Assembly: GCA_973895155.1 (NCBI GenBank)
Contig: OZ316896.1
Location: 10,675,525 to 10,739,524 of the forward strand
Direction: 5' to 3'
Length of the DNA: 64,000 nt
Source of the DNA: Marsupella aquatica
Lineage: Eukaryota; Plantae; Marchantiophyta
Shown here: in pieces, positions 23,790 through 37,321 of the stretch
Numbering within the stretch: the stretch's first letter is position 1
Layout: each line of letters opens with the position of its first letter
Position numbers and translations under genes: made by a program
Notes under the pieces: generated by a model
The model's input: only the letters and a program-made list of their open reading frames with translations
Told to the model about the DNA's origin: nothing
Database searches by the model: none

Positions 23790-25032
23790 TAACTAATCAA
23801 TATCTACCATTCGATTTTCCAAAAAACTCAAGGAGAACTTTCAGATGTTGTAAAATGAGTGGGTCAATCCAAGCAGGTTCTGGAAAAATAAGACCAGAAA
23901 TATATGATAATAGCCCGATGCCTGTGTGTTGCACGAAAGATGTCGAGGTGATAAAACATCTTGAGCTGATATACAGATGTTGTGGTGATAAAAGATGTTG
24001 AGCAGAAAAATATATTGAGGCAATAAAGATGTGGAGTTGATTGCACAGAAGCAGGATAGCTTTTATAATGTTTGATTTGATATGTTTGCCCATGCGTTGC
24101 ACAATGGTCATTACAACCATTCTATTATTGCAAATATTTCATTGTTGCATTCAATTATCATTGTGACCATTTCATGTTTGGGGCCATTGTGTCCTTGGTC
24201 AATATGGTTATTGCAAAAAACAATTTAGGATTTAGTTTTAATGTAAGTTGGAAAAAATATTTCATAGAGAGAATAGAAAAAGTAAAAAATTTAGCTCACC
24301 CCTCACCCTCCTTGAACCATCTTGAATTCTATGGTTGTGAGAATACCTTGCCTGACTCCTTCCGTGGACTGTCCTCATTGAACCATCTTCAATTCTCTTC
24401 TTGTGATAACTTGCACACCTTGTCACCTTGCCAGACTCCTTGGGGGACTGTCCTCCTTGACCCATCTTAAATTTGATGCTTTTTTCAACTTGCGCCTTAC
24501 CTGACTCCTTTGGGGTACTGTCCTCCTTGAACCATCTTGAATTCAAGCTTTGTTTCAAGTTGCACACCTTGCCCAACTCCTTTTGGGGGACTCTCCACCT
24601 TGACCCATCTTGGATTCTTGACATGTGACAAGTTGCACACCTTGCCTGACTCCTTCGGCCAACTCTCTGCCTTGGAGAAACTTGAAATGAATTCTGAATT
24701 GGACACTTTAACCGAAGTGTTAAGTGAGCTTAATAAACTTCGATTTTTGAGCATATTTGTCCCCAATGATGGACACGATACCAAACTCATTGGGAGGCTT
24801 GAAGAATCTTCGCCACCTGGAAATTTATCGTTGTTCTGCTGCAACCATTCCAGACGGCATCAAGAGTTTACCGTCACTGCAAAAACTAGTGCTCGATCTT
24901 GGTATTCATGGTGAATTGCCACCATGGTTGATGACATCTAATGCACAGAGCAAAATTGGAAAACTTTCACGTATATCTTACACAGTAGAAGATGGATGGT
25001 TTTCGGTGGGGAAGGAGGAACACAGTGAGTAA
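23790..25032 (+). pseudogene. Frameshifted NLR-type leucine-rich-repeat pseudogene fragment
   Basis: About 7 plant R-protein-type LRRs (LPDSFRGLSSLNHLQFSSCDNLHTL, LPDSFGQLSALEKLEM, IPNSLGGLKNLRHLEI, IPDGIKSLPSLQKLVL) split over several frames with stops. No NB-ARC domain visible. Confidence 0.75.
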
Positions 25033-27023
25033 CAGCGCAGAAGACCTAAGTGAATGCACTGGATATTCTAGATGGTTTACAGTACAAGATGGATATTGAT
25101 GATTAGGGTGATGACAGTGCAGAAGCAGGTTCGTTAGGCGCATTTTACAGTCTGTTCATACAATAAATTTTGTACAGCAAAGAGGATACAACCTAATAAA
25201 TGCCTCTCACTTGTCTCCTGGGCACTTCTTGAGGGCTATCTAGCCCAAACACATCTCTTGGAACCTGTTGCACAAGGGAGCCACAGGTGGAAGCGTGAAA
25301 AACAAAGCTGAATGTGGGTAACATTTCGTAATCTCCAATTTTTTCTATGTTGTTCTGTGCATCTCAAGACCTCCTTTGGCTTTAGGAGGTCGTTGTGATA
25401 GTCTGGGCGCCCCCACAACTTTTAATCTGAAGGTCAATCCGAGGGAATTTTGCATATCTTGTTCTCTCTGAAGTAGGACCGATAAGCAACAGAGAATAAT
25501 GACAATCTATATTATGTATCAATCTCCCATCTTGTGAATCAATAGTTGTACATTAGATATCTCTGATGCCTGCCACATCTCCCAAAGAGACCGTTGAAGC
25601 CCACCATTGAGAATCTCCTTGCCAATTGGAATTTCTCGAGGGAACAAGGGCTCGTCAGTTCTCGATCACATGCACCGGGCACGAGGGCGGGCGAGGTGTA
25701 AAGGGTTTAGGAGGGGTTTAGGGTCGGATCCAACGGCGAGGGAAAGTCAGTTCGGCATCCCTTCCCACCAAAAGTGCAATTTGTAAAGAGACAAGGAGGG
25801 AATGAGCTCCTTGCATATTTCATTACAGCAGTGTGTGAACTTGTGTTAGGGACAGGACAATGTCAATGGAAGCTCGGGGCAGTACGCCATATTAACAACG
25901 ACTACTGTAGCTCAATTACTGTGACAGTCACAAATGGAACATGCAAGGATGCGTACAATCCACAATCGTCTACGGACTTGAACAGTCATCGGCTATCTCT
26001 ACGTTCTCCGTGAATCTCCCTTCCACAATTCTCTGTGGTACTCTATCGACGGTCGTTTGTGAAATCCTTTTCCACCCTGAACTGACTTGCCACCTACCTT
26101 AACAGGACGACTGAATGGACTGGAATTTTAACAGCAGTCACCATCGGATCCATAATTTCGAGCAAATTAATGCCCATCTATTTGAGCATTGTCAATAAAT
26201 TTTCATTCCAGGAGAACAAATAGCACTAATTTGAAATTCGGATGAGATTTTTTCCAATTTGGGCGCTCCAAGCATGATAGTTTCAGGGTGCTCCGATAGT
26301 TAAATGGAAAGAAAAGAAAACAGAAAGAAAAGAAAAGCGATCTCAATTGTGCTCTTGAAATGTGGATTCGACGTGATCTATATATGGTACGAGCTATGTA
26401 TCCATTAGATGATGCTTTGTAATTAAGCTATTGTGGATTTGTGGCACTGGCTTTTAGAGTATTCAATGAGCCAATAAATCTCATTCCAGGATGCACTTGA
26501 AATCTGAATTCGACGTGATCGATGATGGTACCACAGTACCTTCAAATCGAAACCAATAGCCCAAGTATCTTATAAACGAGCAGGCTGTACTCTCATAAAG
26601 GGGAAATTACCATTACAGCAGACTTGACAGATGTACTGATGCATTACGGTTGCAGTCTCGCAAAGTCGAAGCATTCATGCAGTCTGTTGACAACTGAACG
26701 CTTCACAATCCCGTTCACAATTCAATGTCAAGAGAGTAATCAAGAGCCTGAGGCACTTTCCGATACAATACAGATGAGCTGGTAATGAGGTGATTCGATG
26801 GGTGTATGAAAGCTGCGATGAAATTAAGTAAAGTGGATCCATCAATTTGCATCGCTCAACGCCAGCGACCTTGGTAATGCGATTACTCGATCGAGTACAT
26901 TACGGTAGTAGTTATCGACTTATCGAGTCATCGAGGGAAGGAGCGTGATGACTGTGTTGCCGGAAAGCTAAATCTACTGCGGCCATTGAATCCACTAGTC
27001 GCTGGCTCGGTCACTGGGGTGAG

Positions 27024-27031
27024 TATAAATA
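27024..27031 (+). promoter_or_regulatory. TATA box of the nsLTP gene
   Basis: TATAAATA about 280 bp upstream of the nsLTP ATG, followed by pyrimidine-rich sequence. Confidence 0.55.
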
Positions 27032-27309
27032 CCTTCTTTGTACATTCCATTCCTCTATGCTGCAAACTAATCAAGCTGCCGATTCCCAGAAGTGCTCTGC
27101 TGAAGAGTCCTCGTTCCAAGACATTTGAGCTCATATCCATTCATTCCCACTGCTCAATTCAACCATCTCGAGGTCTGAGCTGAAATCCAGTCATCCCAGT
27201 CAGATTAGTTCCAATCTTGTCTAGCTAGGTGGTGACCAGACTCGTGACCAGATCGATCAGAGCAAGCTGATTGTCTAGAACCGATCAGACGATAGATCAA
27301 TTCAAGAGA

Positions 27310-28086
27310 ATGGGGGCTCGGCGAGCTGCAGCAGTCGCTGCCCTTCTGTTTCTGTTGACCGTGGCGGCACTGGGGACTTCTTCGGTGGTGGGCGCGGCAT
27401 GTCCAGGCAGCATTGCGGGGCTTTCGACGTGCTACGATGCGGTGAAGAAGGGAGGGAGCGCACCGACGCCTACCTGCTGCGGCACTGTCAACAGCTGGGG
27501 CCTCTCGTGCCTGTGCTCCGTTCTGGCCCAGTTTAAAAGCCAGTTGCCGTCTACTGTCGACATTCAGGAAATTGTGACGCTGCCCAAAAAGTGCGGAGTC
27601 GCCGTTCCCAAGGGCTACACATGCGCCGGTAATTGAAGTCCATCGTTCCACTTCTTCCTATACTGGTGTACTCATTGGTCATAATTGTTATTGTACATTC
27701 ATGCATTACGTCTGTATTGGTCTGCAAAATGCGATCGCAGCCTCTCTTTGGACTCTTTGGACTCCAATTGACTGATCGAGATGGACTACAATACAGTTTG
27801 TCGATTACGCTCGTTGTTCTTGTTCTTGTGATTTGTTACTACAGTCAGCTGTACTATCTATACAGGTTACTTTGCCGGTCCAAACAACTTGTCTTCAATT
27901 CGAAGTACACTGAGGACCGAAGGGGATTGCAAAGATCGAATCATGTGCATCACAGTCGATTCTGTGTGAGGGAGGGAGTCCTTATCTGCACGCTTATCTG
28001 TCAACTCCGTAGTCATATAGTTCATCAACTGACTCCATTGCATTCCCTGTGTGTGCATCGAGCATGCAGGCTACCCCATTCCCTGA
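27310..28086 (+). CDS. Non-specific lipid transfer protein, type D-like; 2 exons
   Basis: Signal peptide MGARRAAAVAALLFLLTVAALG..., 8-cysteine motif C..C..CC..CLC..C..C, and a GT-AG intron (27629-28069) 4 nt after the last Cys codon. Exon 2 completes GYPIP*; no GPI tail. Confidence 0.92.
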
Positions 28087-29437
28087 AAGTAGACTGAGTG
28101 GAGATTTGGCCAGATCGGAGGAGGCCAGGATTGATCATATAATCGGAGAGAGGGAGGCTGTTGACCATACTTGCTGGCTGTCAGATATAGCATGGCAACG
28201 CCTAATGTATCTTGATAGCTAGACAGGATGGTCTGATATTTTCACTTTGTGCCTGGGCATTGACAAGGAGGAATACTTCGAAGTGATCTTAAATTTTGAG
28301 ATATCTCGAGTCTGAACGATAACTTTGTAGCTGCTCGTTGCGGGCGCATTTGCTTACAAGATGATCGATCGATGATAGGATTTTGAATGAGTAAAGAATC
28401 GTTATTACTGGATATCAAGTTATACAATTAGTACATCTCGATAGACTGTTGGGGATAGTCAGATAAGACGGATCAAATAAAGGTATTCGTGAGTGTATGT
28501 TTCGTTGTTCAGAATCTTGTCGCGCTGTTGTTCAAATCATTCCACTGAAGTTATATAAAGGCGATCTGTGAAGAATGGTTGTTGCAAGGTCGAGTTATTT
28601 CTAGCTGTATACCTTTTCGATATTTGACTGCCCATCCCTTCCTTTTAATGAGATAACAGTTCTGAGACTACTGTAGAAGCCCGACGATGATTGTTCTATT
28701 CCCATCGGTCTGTGCTTCATTTAACGTTGTCATTTAAATTTAAAGCTTACCAATGGAAGACAATTCGGTTTCACCAGTTTGGGCTCATTAGATTCCAGAT
28801 TATGTCATATGGGTAGTACTTTCACATATGTTAATAGGACGGTGTCGAGTAACCATGTCACACGAACTTATGTTGACAATTCCTACTTGATAGCCTGTGA
28901 CGAAGAGTTTCCATGCAAACTGGTCCAAAATGAAGGTAACCAAGAGCACAAGCTCATCGATAATGGCCGAGATTTGAAATGGTTCAAATCGCATTCAGAA
29001 AAACAATTACTGCAAAATAGATGTTGGGATCACTCCAAGTTCGACCCTCCAATAAAAAAAATGAATATGAAATTGACCCCCATTCACATGTAGAAAGACA
29101 AATATCATTGAGCCCTAAATTCGTCTCTCGTATCTTCTAATTTATGTACTTTACCTGTGATGCTAAAACCCTTGATTTACATAATCTCTCTCATAAACTA
29201 TCAACGTAATGATACCGTGGAAGGGTTAAAAAGCCAGTCAAGGCCTTATTTGCGATCTCGCAAAAAATTAGTTCTCATGAATCTCCAATCCCCAACTCTA
29301 GTCCTCGGAGCCAAATAAGCTCAAATTGTACCAAGAGCCGATAGATAAAGACTGGGACGATGTCTTCGTCTCCCCCCACCGGGAGAAATTTGCTTGTCAG
29401 CACTGTAAAAACGATTCTCAAGTTCCTGAGACCATGC

Positions 29438-32400
29438 CTACCCTGTTCCCCCTCTTCTCTTTTGATGGTCTTTCACTAAATTTGCTTGAACATCTTGAGG
29501 AACAGCTGCGTGCTGGTAATACTCCATGGTAAACTCCCCCTTACCCTGGAAAGAATATAAACCTTTAATTAGCAAAGAAGTAAACATACATGCAACACGG
29601 AGCTTTCCAAATCGTCGATCCCCAGTCTGCACATGGGCACACTTGTTTCCTTTCATACGAAATTAAACTTCTGTAGAGATTCAATGCTCGGTGGATACTA
29701 TTCATTGCATCCACTTCTCCTTTGACGATTTGGACATACTCTAGAAAGTAAGGATCGGCATGGTGAACTAAACCCATACGTTAGGTGATATATGAGGAAC
29801 AGCTTCAAAACTTCTGACCATCCAGGCATCATGTAACCAGTGACGTAAATACCTGTGTCATAGATCTAAGTCCAGTGGAGTACCCAAACATGTTGTTCAA
29901 TGGAACCTGAATCGTACCAACACGTTTACAATCAGGATCAGACAGATTTTCTTGAAATGTTTTCATAGACAGGACAATCAATAGCGATTTGTAGAAGGGT
30001 AATGACAAGAAAAGCTCACGTGTGCAATTATCACTGCATCATCACCGTCTTGCTCACTCCCAACGATGACACCTTTTCTTCTGTTGATATCTCCAATCAC
30101 TGGTCCTTGGAACTCCATTGGGGCCTTCATCTCCACCAGCATGATTGGCTCCAGAATAACTGGCCTTGCATTTTGGTAGCACTGATCCAATACAAAACAT
30201 TGGTGTTTGAGGCCCAACAATCATCTCAATGTATGATAGAAACTAAAAATATGGCAGCAACCAAAATTCCTCTTCATGTGAAGACTTGTTCTTTGAAAGA
30301 ATCTACCGTGCTTCTCTAATCTTCAACACTCAACAAACCACCAAATACTCAAGTGAACCGCAAGGTGAGAAGAGATGCAAAAATTTGAAATTTGCATATG
30401 TTTCCAGATAGAGATCACAGGAAATATGCTAGGACACCGATACTCAAGGATGGTCATAGTGGGTCTTAGTCTGTCACTTCCAGACATTTTTCTAGATCTC
30501 ATTACTGGAGGACAGCACCTACCTCTCTGAATGCATAGAGAGCTGCCAGCTTGAAAGCAAGATCACTTGAATCCACCTGGTGAGATGCTCCATCGATCAA
30601 AACAACCCGCAAGTGTTCCACAGGGTGACCAATTAGAGCACCGCTGCCGCAAAGACAAGACGCACACATCAAAATTTGCCGCAAACTGCAACGTTGTACT
30701 TAGCATAGTTGACAGGTATTATCAAGAGTGAAGCATGGTCAATCACTTGACAAAACACATTTGTGCGCAGGTTACTGGGTCACAACAGCTCAGTATAACT
30801 TACGAGTTGCTAGCCTCTAAAAATCCTTTCTCAATAGATGGGATGAAATTCGAAGGAATCGCTTGTCCAATCATGTGGTTCTGGAACTCAAACTTTTTAT
30901 CTGATCCTTCTGGAATCGGTTCGATGTACCTGATGTACATTGTGCCGACAAAGACAATCCAATTAGCACAGTAGCAACTTTGCCAAGTAAAGAATTTACT
31001 TCAAATTGTGAAGACCAATAGAGCTACGATCTTCAGGAAAAAAATTAAATAGTAATTACCCGACCACACGTCCGTATTGCCCTTGCCCTCCACTTTGCTT
31101 TTTATGAAGGTAATCAAACTCTGCCCTCTGAGTGATTGTCTCCCTAAAATTCACCTGGGGTTTTCCCACAATCGCATCCACCTGTGCCACACAAAGATCA
31201 TCGTCTGATTCAGCTTGACGTCTCATGGGCTTATGACGCAGGACTTATGAACCTATGACGCAAATCATGTCAGAGGTAATAACAAACTTCCCCATCAATC
31301 TCAATTCATTTAGAATAGCAAGGTGTGGACGGAAAATACTCATCAAAAACTGGTGAGGGGCAATTGAGAGCCAACATAGATGCCCATCTTAGAAAAGCAA
31401 AAGCTATCGGTCGGCCTTAGCTCAGAACCTTGTATTCCCGCTTGATTCGCTCCACATATATGTCGAGATGAAGTTCTCCCATCCCCGAAATTATAGTCTG
31501 CCAAGGTAAATTTTCCATATGTTTCAGGAGTTGAGATGGGATGATGTACTTGTTGAATTGGGAACACAATACAATACGTATGCAATGCAAAAGAGTAATT
31601 CGTATACCATACCTCTCCACTGTCAGGATCGAGGCTCACTCGAAAGGTTGGATCCTCTTTCTGGAACCGATTGAGAGCTTTTGAAAACTGAAAGTCACAG
31701 TCGACAAGCATGGCTCATCAATCTCATCGGCATTAATTCGATAAAAAGATCCATCCCAATAAAGATCGAACTGACAAATCATTGGAACATTGGTTCCCCC
31801 AGATGGCTCACGATTGAACCGCACATGATCTAAACCTTAACTCGAATCAAGTCCAAAGAAGACATTGTACACACATTTCCAAAAATGCAGAGCTTGGACG
31901 CATCTATCAACAGGAACAAACTTTTATTTTCCGGAAACTGCATACCTGCTGCCCCACATCTTTTGAAGAAGGAGCAATGGCAAGAGACATAACAGGCTCT
32001 GGAACATTCATTGATGTCATTGTGTACTTTACAGAACCATCAGTAAATGTATCTCCTGAAAAACCAAAAGGATCCGAAAAATTATTACTTTGAACACAGG
32101 ACAGTCCTGCTACATGGCCCTGCAGGCACCCTTCAGCTAAGAGCTAATTTCAACTCAACCCAAGTGAAACCGGTCTCCTGCCAACCGAAAGTATGCAATA
32201 CATGAGACAGACCTGAAGCACATTCGACACCAAACACAGCAACAATATCTCCTGCATGGGCTTGTTGTACATCCTGCAGGAACGAATCTAATATGTTGAG
32301 AGCCCTCCAGAGAACATTTGCTAATTATTTTGACACTTGATTCTAAATATTGCAATACGAACATTTTTCAAAACAAACAATTAGCCAAGGAGATGCCACT

Positions 32401-35400
32401 AACATATCCAATAAAAAGAGCTTATTCAATATATGAACTACAATCTTACCTCCATGTCATCAGCATGCATCCGTACCAACCTGGGAACCTGTTGACACGC
32501 ATTACACATAGATAAGCAGTAGTAGGAAGCACATATAAACATGTCACTGAAGATATGTGGGACAGCCGCCCTCGTCGAACATTCAGATGTTAAATCAACC
32601 AGGTATTTCTCACCTTGACTTTTCGGCCGGTGCTCGAGTTTATTATGTAATCACCCCGGCGAACAGTGCCGTCATAGATCCTGTACAAATGAGCAACGAC
32701 ACAAAACGTGTCCTTACGTCAATGGGACAACCCAATCTATCCGACGTCAACCACTGAGAATCATCATTAGTAAACGGGGGTTCAATCATTGATTTAATTA
32801 GATAAAAAATAAGACGTTAAGAAGACAACTCACCGAAGATAAGTAAGTTGCCCAAACCGGCCTTCCTCAAGTTTAAATGCCAAAGCCACAAGTGGTCCAC
32901 TTGGAGACCCCGATAAGTTCACCTATCACACATCAAACCTTCATCAACAAACAATCAATTGTCACAGCCGGGACAATGTACACCACATTAAGTTAACAGT
33001 CGAACTTGTCAGCAGCCAAAACATTCTAGCATCACTAAAACGATAATTCAGGTCACTGCACACTAAGGTAAAGTAACTATGCTGATGGCTAGAACCAACG
33101 CTCTTCGATATGTGCTCAGAAAAACCCTTACCTTCTCTTCATTCTTGTTTTGGTTCAGGGCGTGATTTTTTACTTCGATGGGGCAGGGTAAACAATTGAC
33201 CACTCCATCCAACAAAAGCTGAACGCCCTGCACTGACACACAGACCAACCCTCAGGTATTGCTGTAAACCTGAAGTACTCAATCTGACGCATCTGACGAC
33301 AATCTAAAATAGAAATGACAAGTTTTGCAAAAATGGTTGGCTACGTGTCTTTGACTTCTTAAACAGTAAAACCCCTAAATGGCCATAATTCTCGGTTTGA
33401 CATCTCAACTAAAATCGCATCGTCATCTACTTCACTGCTTTACGGAATAGAACTCTTCAGGTCAAATTTCTGCAAAAAACCTCCATGGTTGACAAGCAAC
33501 CAATCAGGAAAATAGTTCATCAGCAGAGTTCTCACTAACCAAAAGAGTCAAATGACCTCACTTACGTCAATCTTCCTCGTGCAACCCGTCTGTGTTCGAC
33601 AAAGCTGTCCATCTGGTTTAGTTCCGGGTTCATAATAGTAAGGAACTTTTTCATTTGATTCATTTGATTCTTGGATTCATTTGATTTTCTTCGTCCCAAT
33701 TCTCCAACAGTGATTTAGGCTTCATTAAAAAATTCCTAAAGTAATTACGGGTGATTGTACGCTATGGCCTTTTTCCGTATTAAACCGAAATCACCGTTTT
33801 GGCAGATCACGCGAGAGCTATTGCTTCTAATCAAACCCCACGCAACTGAAATCCACATAGTGATCTAATTCTTTTGAGTGACAGGGTAGAACTCTTCAGG
33901 TCAAATTTCTGCAAACAGACCTCCATGGTTGACAAGCAACCGATCAAGTAAATCATTCATCAGTAGAGTTCTAAACAGGAGACTAGTCCAGTGACCAGAA
34001 CAGTTCAATCTCCCTCATGCGGTCCTTCTCTCTCAAACAACGCTGTGAATAGAGAACGGAACTTAGACTTCAGCAAAAGTTGCTTCAAATAACCCATAGC
34101 TGATTATGAAAGTTCTTGTTTAGGAATAAGCCTAAGATGATTCCAGATATTTCGCCCTTCCAAGACCAATGCTAAATCACTCCATCTCAAAGAACCTAGA
34201 CAGTAAGCTAGAACTCTTCAGGTCAAATTTCTGCAATGATTCCTCCATGGTTGACAAGCAACCAATCAGGTGAATTATTCATCACCAGAGTTCTGGAAAC
34301 ACGAAGGAAACTCTCTACCCTTTAGACCATAACTTGTTGACCACGTTGCTAACACGCACTTCCAACCCAAAGACAATTGCTGTAGCACAGAACAGTAAAA
34401 CCTCTGACCAAGTCTGTTTCGTCGGAGAGGAAGGTAACGTCCAGCTCTTACCTTGTTCTTGAATGCACTACCCATATAGATGGGCACAAATTTCAACGAT
34501 AAAGTTGCCCTCCGAATCGCACTCTGTCAAGATGAAGAATAGAAATTATAGTACTTGACGGATAGAGAGTCCCAAATGCACTTTGGAATATCCGGCGTGA
34601 AAAACCCGAAGCTAACGTAGCAAGGAAGCTAGAAGGCAATCAAGAAGCACGCTCATGAAAGAGCGAGGACGGAAGGCAAGGGTTCCTTTTCGATCCCAGC
34701 ATCAAGTTTCTCCAACTTCCATACAAAAGAGGGTTTGCTAGGAATGACACATTCGCAGTTGACAATTCTGAGAACCTCGACTTACCATAAGAGCGTCACC
34801 AGAAATGGGATCATCGTTGAGAAAGTGCTCCGCGAGTTCATCATCAGCCTCAGATACAGATTCGATCAGTTCTCTTCTCTTCTCAGAGACTTCCTCGCTT
34901 ATAACAGCAGGTATATCTGCTTCTGTGACTATTTCTCTGCGACGATTCTCAAAGAAGTTAGAAACGAGACTTAAAAATGTGAATAAGTTGTTTGCCAAAC
35001 TAAACTAATCTGACAGTTGACATGTGCAATAGAATTGTCAATGATGCTTCTACGATTCAATGCAATAAAGGAACCAAATGACAACTCTACAAGGTTACAT
35101 TTCAAGGCCAAGACCACTCACCCGTGAACACCTTTAAAATAGAATGCTTTCATATGTATGAGATCAATTAAACCCTGAAGCTCAGACTCCAATCCAATAG
35201 GGAATTGGACGGCAGAGCAATTTAGTTTCAGCTTCTTCCTGACCTACGAACGCACCAAAAGCAATTAATCCTCCATAGCTTAGACCCAGAGAAGCGGGGT
35301 CAACAACCTTGACTGTGCATCGTGCGGGATGTGGTCCATGGAAGGAAGATTCCATTCAGACTGCAGGTTGGAGCAAATGGCAAAGAGAGGGCATTGTACA

Positions 35401-37304
35401 AGCATTTGAAGAGGTATTAAATTTCTTATCTCACCAAGAAACGAAATGACTTAAACTTGGCATATCTGAGTTGGAAAGTCGCGGGAAAATAGGTACAACT
35501 CTGACTCTAAATTATTTAATGAAGATGTCACTGTACCACGACAACAGTGGCCGGCAATCACTCTTCATCTTAAGAATGCAGATGAGATAACCGTGAAGAC
35601 TTCGGTTGGAGAGAGATCGATCCTCATTAAGAATTCCAGATATACCTGGTCAATGACTTTCCACGGATCTGCCCCGCTCCGGTCAAGTTTGTTGATAAAA
35701 GCAACACGAGGGACATTATATCGACGCATTTGTCGATCCACAGTGATGGACTGGCTCTGTACTCCTCCCACGCTGCACAAGACCAATACCGCTCCATCCA
35801 AAACCCTCAAAGCTCTTTCAACTTCTATGGTGAAGTCCACATGCCCTGGTGTGTCTATAATGTTGACCTGCGCCAAAAGCATCCACACAATATCCACGTG
35901 GATTTCAGTCCTCCGCCCTTGGAAACCCTTTGTAAATGCGCATCCCAATGTATAGAGACGGTCCCAAATGTACAAATACGAGCACTAGATTTCCAACGAT
36001 CAATCTCGTGTGTGAAGTGCATCAAGATATTGAGGCAGCCGCATTCAAATCCAGATTTCGCACGCGCTATCGAAAGGAAAGGATACCAGATGCCTGTTAG
36101 AAAGAGGAGGGCTAATCGAAACTTGTACGATGAACATTGATATCGAGAAGCAGCAGCATTCAAAGTACCCAAATCTTGAGACAGCAAACATAAGATTTGC
36201 AAACCACACTTCGGTATTGAAAGATGGCAAGAAATACAGTAATGCTGACCCTCGTCAGCCCGGCTAAGAGGGGTACGGATTCAGATAATTGTGTCCGGCT
36301 ACAGAAGCCTCCGCTGGACACAATTCTTTGATTCTAGCAGCTCTCGAACGTACCCAAGCAGGCAGAGATGGGAATACTCAATTAGCAATCCCAGGCCAAA
36401 GTCTAGTATAGCACGGTAGTGAATAAATCTGCTCATTTGAAGGCTTAACATACAAAATATGAACATCCCCTTCTGAAACAGAGTCTTGAGGCTGGATAGC
36501 AGAAACGGGATTCGCTACAAATGAGTACAAAGAAACGAAAGGCGAGCAATGCAATCGTCTGCTGGAAATGAGGAAATGCTACAAATGTACAGTACCATGG
36601 TGAATTTTAGCTTCACTAAGCAGAAACACCGAGCGAACGCACTTGGTATAAACTCAAGGCCCCAAATCCAAAGATTTTAAAATATATTCATTTCCTTCGT
36701 ATTTTGGGGAAGGGGCCATAATAAGTTTAAGAGCAGTATGTGTCCTGCAAACTGAAGACGAACATCTCCAATGCCCTCAACACTTACCAGGTTTCTTGAA
36801 CCTATGCAAAGCGGGTGCGCGATCAAGGCAGAAAGAACATACCTGATAATCACCCCAAATACAATGAGTGGCAGCTGACTGGATGGTAATGCCCTTTTCC
36901 CTCTCCAAGTCCATGGAATCCATCTTCGCCCCGACACCATCCTTTCCTCGGACCTCGTGGATTTCGTGGATCCTGCCCGTATAGAAGAGCACGCGCTCCG
37001 TCAGCGTCGTCTTCCCGGAATCGATGTGCGCCGATATTCCGATGTTCCGCACCCTCTCCATCTCCTGCCGCCACTGCTCCTTCTCCGGAGCAGCTGCAGC
37101 TGCGAGCTGCGTCATTGGCCGGGCGCGTTGGAAGAAATTCGACCCAAGCCATGACAAGTCCGGGATCGCAGCGGCAGCAGAAACGCCGGCAACCATTCTG
37201 CTCTCTAGGTGGTGGCGAGGATGGAGAAATAGGCCAGGAGACGAGGATGAGAGAGGCCATCGGTGAGCTCCCCAGCCTCGCGCTGCTGCCCGGCGGGCTG
37301 CCAT
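29438..37304 (-). CDS. GFM1: Mitochondrial elongation factor G (EF-G1); 19 exons
   Basis: Arg/Ala-rich presequence, then [82 protein letters not shown] and [11 protein letters not shown]. All 18 introns traced as GT-AG. Confidence 0.96.
33449..33532 (-). ncRNA. Intronic box C/D snoRNA, copy A (EF-G intron 5)
   Basis: Sense strand: terminal stem AGAACUCU/AGAGUUCU, box C UGAUGA, D' CUGA, internal hairpin UGGUUG-CUUGU-CAACCA, guide GCAGAAAUUUGAC and box D CUGA. Confidence 0.85.
33887..33973 (-). ncRNA. Intronic box C/D snoRNA, copy B
   Basis: 9-bp terminal stem UAGAACUCU/AGAGUUCUA, box C UGAUGA, degenerate D' UUGA, and the same D guide and box D as copy A. Confidence 0.83.
34210..34294 (-). 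ncRNA. Intronic box C/D snoRNA, copy C
   Basis: Terminal stem AGAACUCU/AGAGUUCU, canonical box C GUGAUGA, D' CUGA, and the same hairpin, guide and box D as copy A. Confidence 0.85.
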
Positions 37305-37321
37305 GTTGATTGATGCCAATC

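Noticed and set aside
29438-37304. Non-canonical or U12-type introns in EF-G (also checked in CFAP58 and FNR)
   Set aside because: All traced junctions are ordinary GT-AG, with no U12 donor consensus.
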